Shown one piece after another: positions 26,847 through 39,159 of a stretch of 64,000 nucleotides of DNA (positions within the stretch are counted from its first letter, which is position 1; each line of letters starts with the position of its first letter). The DNA comes from Chiloscyllium plagiosum. Its lineage: Eukaryota. The notes beneath the pieces are model-generated. The model worked only from the letters and a program-made list of their open reading frames with translations, did no database searches and was not told the DNA's origin. The position numbers and the translations under genes are program-made. The stretch is from assembly GCF_004010195.1 (NCBI RefSeq), contig NC_057718.1, forward strand, positions 11,952,385 to 12,016,384. The letters run 5' to 3'.

Positions 26847-28341
26847 TTACAAAGGGCCCACAGTTCTCCAGCTGCATCCACTCCCTGGCTGGTGAAAGGG
26901 GCAGTTTAACAATAGGAGGTTGGAGTCTCAAACTTCTAACGCAGTTAGGAATTCAATGACAACTACTGTCTGCCTGTTATCACATGCCACTGAGAGATAA
27001 AACTTGGGGAGATAGATGACTTAATGAGCATATTCAGTAAAATTTTATCCGCTCCACTGAATCAAATGGTATCTGAGTAGTGACCCTTAATTATTTTCCA
27101 TGTCCAAGAGAATACAGTCCTGGTAATCTCATATTCTAGCACTAGTCCTTCACTGCCTTTTTGCATTTGCATTGCTCACTTTCGTTTACAAATGCCTTGC
27201 ATTTATAGCCAATGAATTACCAAACTTTCAATCTAAAAACAATGTCATGGCAAAGACTAACAGAGACAGTGTGAAAACCATAGACAGCTATCCTATTTTT
27301 CATATATTACTCATAAGTTCTCAACAGTGTTGTACCCAGTGGATGATGCACTGCTTTAGAAGTCTCAATATAATACCGTTCCCAGTGAACCTTTCCAATT
27401 TAGTGATCTTTAACTGCATAAATGTAGTGCAAACCTATGGCTCACCTCTACTTTCTCAAGAACAATAAGGAAAGAGCATTACATGCTGGCCTTGCCAACA
27501 ATTACTATATTGCAAGAATTAATACATAAAACCCATTTTTGTTAATAAAGCAGGGTTATATTTAAATAGTGTGTCCCATAAAATGCTGGAAAGTGTTATT
27601 GCTCGACCTAAACATAGTTTGATTTCAAGTTCAATTGTCAGTGAATGGTCAATTGTGTGACTTCTTAAAACTCAGCGCAGGTCCATATAATTCATTTGGT
27701 TTGTAATCGCCCATTTTGATCTCACATTTCACTTGTGGTATCTTCTTACAACTGACAACTCTGAGTTATTCATGAGACTTCCACACTTACTTCCTCTGAC
27801 ACATTTTACACGGCTTGATTAGTGCAGTAGCAAGTGCTGCTAGCAGCTTGAAATGTACCTCTGCAAGCATCTCATCAGAAAATATAGCTTGCCTGCAATG
27901 ACGCGGTCCTCTTTCCCCCCTGCCCTGAACACTTATCCTGAAACTGATTCTTTTTTTCACTACACAAAGTTAGAAAAGTCAATGTTGGATAAAGACATAG
28001 GAGCAGAATTAGCCCATTCAGCCTATTGAGTCTGTGCCGTCATTCAATCATGGCTGATATGTTTCTCAACAGCATTCTCCTGCCTTCTCCCAGTAACATT
28101 TGTTCGCCTTACTAATCAAGAATCTATCTCTGCCTTAAATGCATTCACAGACTTGGCCTACACAGCCTTCTGTGGCAATGAGTTCTACAGATTCATCACC
28201 TTCTAGCTGAAGAGATTCCTCCACATCTCACTCCTTTAAGGGTTATCCTTTCTTTGTGATGCTCTGCCCTCATGCAGTAGTCTCTCCAACTAGTGAAACA
28301 ACTTCTCCAGGTCCACTCTATCCAGATGTCTCAGTATCCTG

Positions 28342-29531
28342 TGTTATGAGGCAGAGGTCGAACCCCACACGCCCCCCTCCGTCTAATAACTAAACACCCA
28401 GACAGGCTCACCCCACCACATAATCTGTTAAAAAAAGTGTGAAAAGTGAAATAACTGACCTCTCACCCCCAAACTGTTAAAATGTGGTTAAATAAAATGA
28501 AATCCTTTCATTCACTCAATAATCAGCAAGTGACAACTTATTTTTCTAATTCCAACAGTGAACAAATTAACAAAACTGCTAACAAACCTAACAAATCCCC
28601 CCAAACTGCTGACTATCTAATGGTATGCTGCTTCAATAAATACAAGTCCCACTTATACAACAAAACAATAGAATTTAGTCTCTCAAAATTACAAGGTTAT
28701 GTCTTCTGGACTTTTCTGTGACTTCTCCTTTGAGCTTTTTTCAGGAAAGCCTCCTCCTTCGAATGTTTGCGTCAGGAACACCTCTGTCCGCCGAACTCTG
28801 ATCAGGAATATTATCTAAGGGTGCCACTGTACTTTTAGTCAGATGATAGTTACTCTGAGAGCTGAGAGAGCTAATCTCTTCAGATGGCAGTTTGCTCTCT
28901 GATGATTTTCAGATGCCCTCTTCTTTTATTTTTTTTTCAGTCCCCTAACTGAGGAGACTCAGCATCTCCTGTTTATTATTTTTATTAAACAAATTACAAA
29001 AACAGTTTACAACAAACAGTTACATTTACAGCTGCATACAAGAGACAGCAATTTTACAAGGGAGAGGAGCAGCAAAGCCAGGCCCCAACCCTACCATACA
29101 TTTTTCAGGGACATGAGGACAAACCTCAAATCCCAGTTTCACAAAGATATAAAGAGACAACAGCAGTGACAGTTGTAGCCCTCTTCTTTTATTAACTTCT
29201 TTGCAATCTTTTGTCAAAACCATCAGTTTTAAATTTAATTGGTCGTTAGTCTCCAAGTGCCTGGTTTAAATTAATTGGCTAAATTTAAAAATCTGTGTTT
29301 TGGTAAAAATGCTGCTTTGCCTGCTGATAGTATAGCCTTTTGATACAAATGAGCATTTGCAACTGGCAAGCTACTGCCCACAGATACTCATTTTCAAATC
29401 GTTAAGCATAGAAAACATAAAGCACATCATCTTTTAAAGGAACCATGCATTCTTGCCCCTATTATTTTACAAACATCAAATTCTAACATCTTGCTTTGTA
29501 ATCCACAAATACTCTACCCAACTTCACAACA
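28342..29531. mobile_element. Solo LTR (Gypsy-like) inserted in the CR1
   Basis: TGTTATGA...TCACAACA termini (7/8 inverted match), flanks cctg / ccta (4-bp TSD with one mismatch), and the CR1 sequence resumes colinearly. Confidence 0.7.
28931..29177 (-). mobile_element. A-tailed L1/Tx1-type 3'-end insertion with 16-bp TSD
   Basis: TSD gccctcttcttttatt at 28915-28930 and 29178-29193. T-run at left end. Terminal hairpin agtctcct-cagtt-aggggact. Homologous to 51281-51779. Confidence 0.8.
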
Positions 29532-31515
29532 CCTATAACTTTCATTCAGATCCCCCCTCATCCTCATAACTTGATCAAGTACAGATTCAGAGTCCTCAAC
29601 CACTCCCTCATATGACAAGCCTTTCAACCCCAGGATCACTCTTGTAAACCTCCTCTGGACTCCCTTAACACATCCTTCTCTTAACACAGCACGTCCTTTC
29701 TTGGATACGGATTCCAAAACTGCTTCCAAAATTCTAAATGCAGTCTGATCAGAACCTTATCCAGCCTCAGCTGTACAGCCTCTGCTCTTGCATTCTAGCC
29801 CTCTCAAAATTAATGCAAACATTGAATTTGTCTTCCTATCAACTGAACCTACTTATTAAGCTTAAGAAAACCCCAAATTACGATTCCTTTAGAGTTTCTA
29901 AGTCTTTTCCTGTTTCGAAAATAGTCTTTCCCTCTATTCTTCCTACCAAAATATGAGTATAACCTCATATTTTCTGATGTTGCATTCCATCTGCCACTTC
30001 TTTGCTCACTCTCCTAGCCTGTCCATGTTCTTCTGTGGCTTCTCAGCCTCCTCAACACTACCTGTCCCTCCATCTATCTTTGTGTCATCTGTAAACCTTG
30101 CAACAATGCCCTCAGTTCCTTTGTCCAGATCGTTAAGACATAACTTAAGTAGTTGCGATCCCAACACAGACGTCTGTGGAACTCCACTAGCCACTTGCTA
30201 ACATCTTGAAAAAATCTCCTCTCTCCTCAATCTTTGCCTTCTGCCAGTCAACCAATCTCTACCTATGCCAGTCACCTGCCCCTAACACCATTGGCTCTTC
30301 TCATATTTGACAACCTCCTGTGCAGCATTTTGTCAAAGTCCTTCTGGAAATCCAAATAAATCATGTTCACTAGCGCTCCTTTTACTAAGTTGCTCATCAG
30401 CTCTTCAGCAATTCTAACAGATTTGTCAGGCGTGACCTCCCCTTGACGAAGCTGTGCTGACTTAGCCCTATTTTGCAATGCACTTCCAAGTACTCCACAA
30501 TCTCCTCCTTAATAATGGACTCTGAAATCTGGCTAACTACTCAAGGTCAGATTAACAAGCCTGTGAATTCCTGTCTCCTGTGTCCCTCCCTTCTTAAACA
30601 GAGGTGTTACAGTCACCATTTTTCAGTCCTCTGTTGGACTCCAGTGATTCCTGAAAGATCCCCATCTATTCCTCCACAATCTCTTCAGCTTTCTCCTCTA
30701 GAACTCTGGGGTGTAGTCTATCTGGTCTGGGTAATTTATCCACCTTCAGACCTTTCAGCTTCTCCAGCACCTTCACCTTAGTGATGGCCACTGCACTCAT
30801 ATCTGCCTCATGACTCTCTTGAAGTTCCGATATGCTGCTGGTGTCCTTCACTTTGAAAACTGATGCAAATTACTTATTCCATTACTCTGCCATTTTTTTG
30901 TTCCCCTTAATCCTTCTCCAGCCTCATTTCCAGTGGTTCAATATCCATTCTTGCCTATCTATTCCATTTTATGTACCTAAAATAACACTTGCAATGCTCT
31001 TTTACATCACTAGCCAGTTTACTATCATATTTTATTTTCTTCTCCTTTTTTTTAGTTAGCTTCTGCTGGTTTTCAAAGGCTTTCCACTAATCTTCACTAC
31101 ATTGTAAGCTTTTTCTTTTGCTTTTATGCTGTCCTTGACATCCCTTATCAGCCATGGTTGCCCCATCTTCTGCTGTGCCTTCTGAATTACCCAAAAACAC
31201 TCCTGCCATTGATGATCCACTGTCTTCCCTGCTAGGCTCCCCTTCTAATCAACTATGGCCAGCTCCTCCCTCATGTCTTTGAAGTTACCTTTACTCAATT
31301 GTAATACCATTGCATCTTATTCAAGCTTCGCTCTCTCAAACTGAAGGTGAATTTTATTATATTATGGTTACTAGTCCTGAGGGGTTTCTTTATCTTATGC
31401 CACCTAATCAAATCTGCCTCATTACATATCACCAAATCCAGAATTGTTTGTCCTCTAAACGGTTCTACCACAAACTGCTCCAAAAAACCATCTTGTAGAC
31501 ATTCCACAAATTCCT

Positions 31516-31618
31516 TTGAGCTTAGACAAAGGGTCAATTAGACTCGAAACGTCAGCTCTTTTCTCTCCTTACAGATGCTGCCAGACCTGCTGAGATTTTC
31601 CAGCATTTTCTCTTTTGG
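31516..31618 (+). mobile_element. 103-bp hammerhead-family mini-element with 12-bp TSD
   Basis: TSD ccacaaattcct at 31504-31515 and 31619-31630. Body gggtcaattagactc-GAAA-cgtc-agctc..gatgctgccagacctgctgag; first core box decayed. Confidence 0.8.
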
Positions 31619-32504
31619 CCACAAATTCCTAGTCTTGAGCTTTGCGACCAACCTCATTTTTCCAGTTCATCTGCATACTGAAGTCTCCCATGATTATTGT
31701 AATAGTGCCTTTCTTATATCTCCTGATTTATCCTCTTCCCTACATCCTGACTACTGCTAGGAACCCTGTACATAACTCCATCAGGGTCTTTTTTCCTTCT
31801 ATGTTCCTCAACTCCAATTTCTGATCGTTTATTGTTATCAATTTGATTTCATTTCTTACAAACAAGGCAACCCCATTCCCTCTGTCCATCTGTCTGTCCT
31901 ATCTATAGGATGCAAATCCTTGGATTTAATTTCCCTGCCCTGATCCCTCTGTGATGCCCAAACCATTACACCTGTCAATTTCAATCTGCACTACAAGCTC
32001 TAATACCTTGTTTACTGCACATATTTATGTACAACACCTCTGTCCTTCATTCACTGCCCTGTTCTTACAATTGTCCCCTTTATTTGCTGTGCCTGAAATT
32101 AGATTTCTGATGCTTTCCATACTCTCTGTCCTAATACTTCTTCTGGAATTTTTAACTTCACCTGAGCACCAACCCCCCCAACAACTTGTAACTAGTTTAA
32201 AGTTCTTGTGATCTTGATTTACTCGATTTGCACCATCAGTTCATCCACCTTATTCTGAAAACTTTGTGCATTAAGATACAAAGCCTTTAAGCTTGCTGTC
32301 TTATTGAGTTTCCCTAGACTTTTTTTGATTCTTTAGCAAAATATAATATTCATACATTCTGTCCCATATTCTGTCCCTTTCTTTCATTTTCTGATAACAA
32401 TCAATCCCATCACTAACCAGCAATCCTGTCTTTTCCTTTACCTTTGACATTATAGTTTTCTACAAAACTGAACCCATTCCCCCATCCGACATCCTGCTTT
32501 ACAA

Positions 32505-32810
32505 TAAAGCAAAGAATGCAGGTGGTGGTAAAAATCAACAGGTCTAGCAGCATTGATAGGAATAAAGAGTTAACATTTTGAGTCTGGTGACTGTTCATCA
32601 GAACTGTTAGCAGCTCTGAGCTGGGAAAAAGTGGTATTTATGCTGAAGACAGAGTTGAGGAGGTGGCTGGGGTAAGGGAAGAGATGAGTTTTATCCTACT
32701 TGCTAACAGTTCTGATGAAGAATCTCCAGACTTAAAATGCTAAATCAATTTTCTTGCCACAGATGCTGCCAGAGCTGCTAAGTTTTACCAGAAACTTCTG
32801 TTTTTGTTTT
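32505..32810. mobile_element. Inverted pair of hammerhead-family mini-elements (decayed)
   Basis: ttcatcagaactgttagca (32596-32614) and tgctaacagttctgatgaa (32701-32719) are exact reverse complements. GAAA decayed to AAAA in both. Confidence 0.7.
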
Positions 32811-33530
32811 CCACCTCACCCTCCCACTATTTAGTTTAAAGCCTGAGTATAGCCCTAGTAATGTAATTCACCAGGAATCTGCTCAGCATGATTCAGGTGG
32901 AGCCCCATCCCATTTCAACAGCTCCCTTCTTTCCTCATTTCTTCCACACTATTCTTTCAGCCACGCCTTTACCTTCTTAATCTTGTTTACCTTGTGCCAA
33001 TTAGCTCACAGCTCAGGTTGTAATCAGGACATTATCTTTTTGATTTTACTGTTTAATATAGCCCCTAGCAGCTCATAATCCCTCAGGAGAACCTCTTTCC
33101 ACCCATATTGTTGGTACCGCCATTGGTCACAACAACTGAATCTTCCCCCTCCCACTTCAAGTTCCTTTACAACCCAAATGAGATATCCTGAACCAAGCGA
33201 CCAGGCAACAAACCTTTGGAGCTTTCAATCGTGCCAGAGAGAACAGTGTCTATTTCCCTAACTATGCTCTCTCCTTTCTCCCCCCCCTCAATAATGGCTC
33301 CATGATGCTATGGTCAATTTTCTCATCTTTTAAGGGGTGTTACTGCTTCCTTCAGCACAACATCCAGGTAACTCTCCCCTCACTGATGGTCACAGTGTTC
33401 AAAGGTCAGACTCTAGTTCATCGATTCTGAGCCAGACTTCCTGAAGCAACCAATATTTGCTATTGATGTTCATACAGCCCACTATGAACCACAGTGGGCT
33501 CCACCAGCTCCCACATCCTGCATCGTTTAC

Positions 33531-33755
33531 ATCAGAGTGGTGCTGAGAAAGCACAGCAGGTCAGGCAGCATCCGAGGTGCAGGAAAATCGACGTTTCGGG
33601 CAAAAGCCCTTCCTCCGGAATGATCCTGATGAAGGGTTTTTGCCCAAAACGTCGATTTTCCTGCTCCTTGGGTGCTGCCTGACCTGCTGTGCTTTTCCAG
33701 CACTACTCTGATCTAAACTCTGGTTTCCAGCATCTGCAGTCCTCACTTTTGCCTA
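33531..33755. mobile_element. Palindromic mini-element with two back-to-back hammerhead cores
   Basis: ~90-bp inverted arms 33531-33620 and 33622-33712. Minus core CGGAGGA..GAAACGUC, plus core CUGAUGA..AAAACGUC; each has one damaged core box. Confidence 0.85.
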
Positions 33756-34380
33756 GGTATAATGCATTGCCTGGCATTGCATCTCTATTTTATTTATTTT
33801 TTTCTTAATTTGCTTTTAAGATTTAGTTAAATATTGCTCCTATTTACCTTTAATCGAAGATAGTCAAATGAGCAGCTATTACCAAGCAATGAACTCACGG
33901 TTTTCCTATGATGTCTCATTTTGTCTTATGCAGAGCCCCTACTACTGGGCTTCAATTTAATCTGTTTATAAAAAAAACTTTAAAAATATGAACCAACAGA
34001 AAGCAAGCAAAAAGCAACTCTTCCCCTCTGCACTGAATTCCCATGCTGTCTCCAAAGTTCTCAAACTATATACTCACTTGAGTTGTGTCTGGCTCTGGAT
34101 GAGATCTCTCCTTGCTGACTGTGTAAAGCTTACTGATCACTTTCCCATTCAACTATGTTTGCAGATACAATAGGAAAAGTGTTTTTTAGTTTTTAATAAC
34201 TGTTGCCAGTAACATTATATGACATCAAAATTGACCTTGACCTGTTATGCTATGTGAAAGGGGCAATATAAAATGTCAAGTGTTGTTTCATGTGTAAATA
34301 CAATTCTCTAGCTAATGATGGACATAATTGCAATAAGCAACCTGCAGATACAGTGCGATGATGGTTAAGTGTTTACTTAC

Positions 34381-34483
34381 ACACTTGTCCTCAGATCCTG
34401 TGACCAAGAATCTCCCACAGGGACTCAGAGCAATCTTGCATGGATGGCAGCGATTGTGATGTCCTTCATATCGACGCACAGAC
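34381..34483 (-). CDS. WDR27: Internal coding exon of WD repeat-containing protein 27 (C-terminal WD40 repeat)
   Basis: Acceptor gttttttcAG, donor GTaagt, 103 bp. Translates (R)SVRRYEGHHNRCHPCKIALSPCGRFLVTGSEDKC, matching my recollection of mammalian WDR27 [35 protein letters not shown]. Too short for the ORF track. Confidence 0.9.
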
Positions 34484-34649
34484 CTGAAAAAACATCACTC
34501 ACTGTCAATAGAGTTCTCTAGTTTTGGCAAATATTTAAGTCCAGATTACATTTACTCTCTTAATCTGTTGGGAACTGATTTTCTCCTTAATTAGTACATC
34601 AAGCTCTGCATGCAAAGCAATTATTATAAAAGTTGAGAAGTGAATTCTT

Positions 34650-34767
34650 GCCTAGGCTATACTAATCTGAAATACCTGATCTCGCCTGATCTCAGAAGCT
34701 AAGCAGACTCAAGCCTCGTTAATATCTGGATGGAAGATTGCCTGGAATATCAGGTGCAGTAGGTTTT
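34650..34767 (+). pseudogene. 5S rRNA pseudogene, near full length
   Basis: gcctaggctatac..gatctcgcctgatctcagaagctaagcag..ggatggaagattgcctggaatatcaggtgcagtaggtttt is colinear with vertebrate 5S rRNA, with many CpG-type substitutions. Confidence 0.88.
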
Positions 34768-34778
34768 AAGAAAGTCCT

Positions 34779-34838
34779 GTAGCTCATCTGATAGCACTCT
34801 GGCCTCTGAACTGGAAGATTGTAGGTTCAAGTCCCACT
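34779..34838 (+). mobile_element. tRNA-derived SINE head (SacSINE1-like) directly after the 5S copy
   Basis: gtagctcatctgatagcactctggcctctgaactggaagattgtaggttcaagtcccact, with A-box-like and B-box (ggttcaagtcc) motifs. Confidence 0.7.
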
Positions 34839-35829
34839 TAACATTGAAGGGCCTCTTGTAGTTAAGTCCCACCTGTGCCAGAAGTTGATTTAAAAAATGG
34901 TTTAACTCTTAAAAAGTGGATTTTACAGCTCAGCTTTTGTTTCTCCTGTAGATACTTGGGAACTTCTTTGACGAGGAAGTAGCACCAACTCACCTTCTTC
35001 TACATCAATAGGTTCACAGTCTAAATGGAAGTTCTTGCTTTTTAAAAGGCTCCTCTTCATTTTTCAAAATACTTATAAATGCTGGAGTGTAAAAGGCTGC
35101 ATTTTCCCAGCACTATTGAGATTCTGTTGGAATGAGGTTCAGGACTGGAAAAATAGAGGGGAGTTACATCATATTCTTAGGAGGCCATTGCAGTTAAAGG
35201 CTGCAAGTAGGGTCAACAAAGTGGTCATTGTGGGTGGTTAGCCAATTAGGGCAATTATTCTTCAATTATAAGTCAATATGCACAGTTGAAGAACCACCAC
35301 CATCACCCTCACCATCCCTTCCATAGTGTGTAGGACTCAAGATCATTCAGGAGCCGTGTCATCATTCAGGATGACAAGCTGTGTGACCACCAGAGCCGAG
35401 GATCCATACCTCAATGACAGGGTCACAAGAATGATGAGCTATAACCATGCCCATCACTAATGCTGCAGCTACATTCCACACACCCCCCCCCCCCCCCCCA
35501 CACTGCCCAGAAGGCCTTCAGCTGTTTATTTTAAGACTTCAACATAGCCAACATGGTGGGTGTCTTAACATGGAGATTTCCTCCTACTTTCCTGCCTGCA
35601 TTGACAGAGCCTATCACTCCTAGTCAAGATGGAATTTGCTATGACTTCTGAAGAAGTCATATCGGATTCAAATCATTCATTCTTTTTCTCTTTCCACTGA
35701 TGCTGCCAGACCTATGAATATCTTCTAGCATTTTCTGTGTTTCTGGAATTTATGAAGCTATATAAAGGAATTCTTCGGTGCAGATTGAAATATCACAATT
35801 ATGTCATCTAAGTATTGGAAGTATGCTAA

Positions 35830-37010
35830 TATATGTTCTTAATAAATTCCATTCTTCACTTACAATTTACCATTGAAATGAAGAAATCAAATGAGATTCC
35901 CTTCCTCAATGTATTAGTTGAGAATTTTGAGTTTGAATTTGATTCATTGTTGTTACATGAACAGGTATAGTGAAAAGTGTTGCTTTGCATGTTGTACAGC
36001 CAGATCACACCATACAAAGTGCAACAGGATAGCAGAACAGAGAGCAGAACACAGTGTTACAGCCACAGAGAAGGTCTAGACAGAGAGAGAGAGAGATCAA
36101 CATTAACATTTGAGAGGTCCATTCAAAAGTCAGATAGCAGCGGGGAAGAAGCTGCTCTTGAATCAGTTCGTACATGTGTTCAAATATTTATATCTTCTGC
36201 CTGAAGGAAAAGGGTGGAAGAGAGTATTTGGAAAATGGGCTATTAACTAAGATCTCCTGAAAGCCAACATTCACTGGCCAAAATTCACCTTGGGATTTCT
36301 ATAAGATCAATCTTATTGGCAACCTCTTATTGGTGAATCGGGCTCTATCCACTTATTCACTGCATTAGCTTGATGCTGAGACATGGCATATCAAAACTAT
36401 TCTCTGTGATAACGGATACACTTAATTCACTCATTACTTGTTATCGATCACATATATTCATGAAAGACATATGTCCACTATTTTTGGCTCTGAGCGGTGG
36501 ACAGTCTACCTCAGATTATGCAGGAAGTGGAAGGGATCTCAACAATATGAACAACAGCTGGAGAACTGTCTCATGCTGCTACTATGCAGTAAATCCACAA
36601 ATGGTTTTATCCAATAACTGAATGTTGCCATCAAGCCTAAAAGGCGTTTTGCTTACCACAAGAATGAGTAATGTGATGTATGAGTTTCAATGCCAGTGTT
36701 ATGCCAAGTATGTATGTACAGCTCAATGACTGGCAGATTATATCAAACAACATGCCACCTTGACCATGCTGGCCCATGCTCAACAATCTCTCACTAACAA
36801 GCCTCAGAAAAGTATATCCACTATAATGTGTGATCCTGCAATTGAAAATCATTTCTCAAATAACCCGGACTGTAAGAAGAGTTTTACGAGAAAGGTCATC
36901 AGTCAAGCTCACAGTGTGATGCATTTGTGTGTGCTAGAAGCGAATACTTAAATACTCAGGATCTAGAATGTAAGCAAAAGGAATTTGTTCATCTATTGCA
37001 TCTCTTATAA
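35830..37010 (+). mobile_element. Old Penelope-like element remnant (RT thumb to GIY-YIG)
   Basis: LQFTIEMKKSNEIPFLNVLVE, KPTFTGQ, YKINLIGNL, VNRAL, NVM(MY)EFQCQCYAKY remnants. Confidence 0.7.
35926..36228 (-). mobile_element. Rex1/Babar LINE 3' end nested in the old PLE
   Basis: Minus strand reads TLFHPFPSGRRYKYLNTCTN*FKSSFFPAAI*LLN; tail ttttcactatacctgttcatgtaacaacaatgaatcaaattcaaa. Confidence 0.8.
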
Positions 37011-38946
37011 AAGAAAATGGTCATGGAGGCAGCCAACCTCATCTATCAAGGAAGAACATCGTATTATTTACTGATACAGCTCGGGAGATATTTTTTGGCC
37101 CTTTTGGGGTCTTACTGGAAGCATTGAAACAAATCTTTTCCATCTCAAAGTCAGTCTTGTCCCACATTCTGCATATAACCACATAAAGCATTTCATTTCA
37201 GGAGGCTATTACAGAATTTATAAAGAAAGTGAGACCTTTTAATAAGCTCAAAAAAACAGATGTCAAAGATGAAGGGGAAAATCTAGTAGTGGAGTCTGAA
37301 ACAATTACTGAATAAATATTTAGCAGCAGTTTCTAGTAAGCATGAGAATGAAGGTGTACTATGAAGAAATTGATAATATTATATGGAAAGGAATTGCTTC
37401 TGTAAAAATGAACAAAATAGAGAAACATCAGGGGCTGACAGCATACACCAGACCACTGAAGAAGAGATATTACAGACGCCAACTAAGTTTTTCAATCATC
37501 CTTGGAAGTTATATATTAAATAAGGTCTTGGTATTGAGTAGCCAATTAATATTTATATTTAAGGAAGGAGTAAGGGTTAACCTTATTAACATAACATGAA
37601 TTTTGTGTGGCCTCTGGGCTGGAAATTTAATTTAGACCCATATATTGCTGATATAGGGGATGTGCTAGATTTGTGCATCAATATGTTGAGGGCCTGAGGC
37701 CCCCTTGACACTGGTCTTTGGTCTTCATCGGCACACTGGACATCAAGAGCAATTTTGTTGTCTCTAGGAGGAACCATGAAGTGGGTTAGCCACCTCCCAG
37801 CTGCCTTCATATTTGAATCTTGGGGAAAGGCTGAGGTGCCAAAAGGGATGGTGGGGAGCGTTTGGAATGCATGGGTGAACTGGCAGAGCCCAGCCATTGG
37901 GAAGGTAAATTAGGAATGATATGGAAAGTGGGGTTGAAAGGGAGGAAGGGTCCCAATCGGGAGGAATTAGTGATGGAAGGAGGTCAGGAGGGAAATGTGC
38001 AAGAGTCAGTCAGGGTGCAGAAGCAACCATCAGAGAGCTGAGTGGGAAGTAGTTACTGAAGTGCAGTCCTCTAGGCTCCATAGTAAAGTCAGCATATTTC
38101 AAAACGTTACGTTTTTAGTGGTAGCCTTTGTGACCTGTGGTACCTATGGTACTCAAATATATATATTTTTAATTTCTGCATTATTTTCATATTCATTAAC
38201 TGTCAATTGTGCATCCATCATGAAGTTATTGAATATGTTCAATGGTACAGACTATTTAACTTACAAGCTGAGCTCTAGCATTTAAGCCTTCATCTGTGAA
38301 GTAATACAATTTTATACTTCCATGTCAGCTAAGCATGTGGATGTACGCAAAGGTACATACAGTTTTATTGGTATTTCTGGTGTCTTCACTGAGTTTTTTA
38401 TTTCTCAGTAACCTACATCCAGGTGTCTTCTCAACAACATTTTTTTTAAAAAGTTTCATGGAATGTGTTAACTGCAAGTCACACCAGCTCCTGAAGGATG
38501 AATACACACCCTTAAACAGGGATTTTCTGAGATTGTTCAGTGAAAGGGAGCAACTCCATCGAGGAATTATGTGCACTAAAGGCAAGGCCAATGTTTTTTG
38601 CCCATCCCTAACTGCCCTTGAAATTAGCATTGCTTCTTTTTTGGAATCACACGTAGGCAGAACCAAGCGAGGACATCAGATTCCCTTGCTGGATGGGTTT
38701 TTACAACAATCATTGACAGTTGCATGGTCACCACAACTGAGATTAGCTTTCAATCTGGTTTTATTAATTAACTGACTTTAAATTGTACCAGATGCTGTGT
38801 TGAGACTTTTACTGCTGACTGCAGAGAATTAGCCTGGCCCCCTGGATTACTAGGTAAAAACAATGACTGCAGATGCTGGAAACCAGATTCTGGATCAGTG
38901 GTGCTGGAAGAGCACAGCAATTCAGGCAGCATCCGAGGACAGGCAA

Positions 38947-38982
38947 AATCGACGTTTCGGGCAAAAGCCCTTCATCAGGAAT
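38947..38982 (-). ncRNA. Minimal hammerhead ribozyme (intact core)
   Basis: AUUC-CUGAUGA-A-GGGC-UUUU-GCCC-GAAA-C-GUC-GAUU. Confidence 0.82.
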
Positions 38983-39159
38983 AAAGGCAGAGAGCCTGAA
39001 GCGTGGAGAGATAAGCTAGAGGAGGGGGGGGGTGGGGAGAGAGTAGCATAGAGTACAATAGGTCAGTGGGGAAGGAGATATACACGCCGTGACATCGAAC
39101 AATTCTTCCGTCGCCTCCGCCTCCAAGCTTACTTTCACAATCAGGACTCCCGCCCACCT

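Larger units (their letters stand above)
27995..31990 (-). mobile_element. Old, long CR1 LINE with nested insertions
   Basis: ORF remnants LEKLKGLKVDKLPRPDRLHPRVLEE, YLDFQKDFDK, SGVPQTSVLG, FTDDTKIDG, FVECLQDGFLEQFVVEP; 3' tail at ~27995. Confidence 0.85.

Noticed and set aside
27791..27860. Minus-strand segment ending in a strong gtaagtg donor
   Set aside because: Poor acceptor and no recognisable peptide.
34650..34767. Functional 5S rRNA gene
   Set aside because: Many substitutions, including in the internal control region, and not in a tandem array.
37116..37168. Possible minus-strand exon (ag..MWDKTDFEMEKICFNAS..gtaag)
   Set aside because: Weak polypyrimidine tract and no resemblance to the expected WDR27 neighbour exon; chance splice-like signals are common.
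38335..38775. 146-aa ORF and other 60-170 aa ORFs in AT-rich stretches (e.g. 47474-47899, 51663-52166)
   Set aside because: No domain motifs, often overlap SINE/LINE remnants, and consistent with random open frames.
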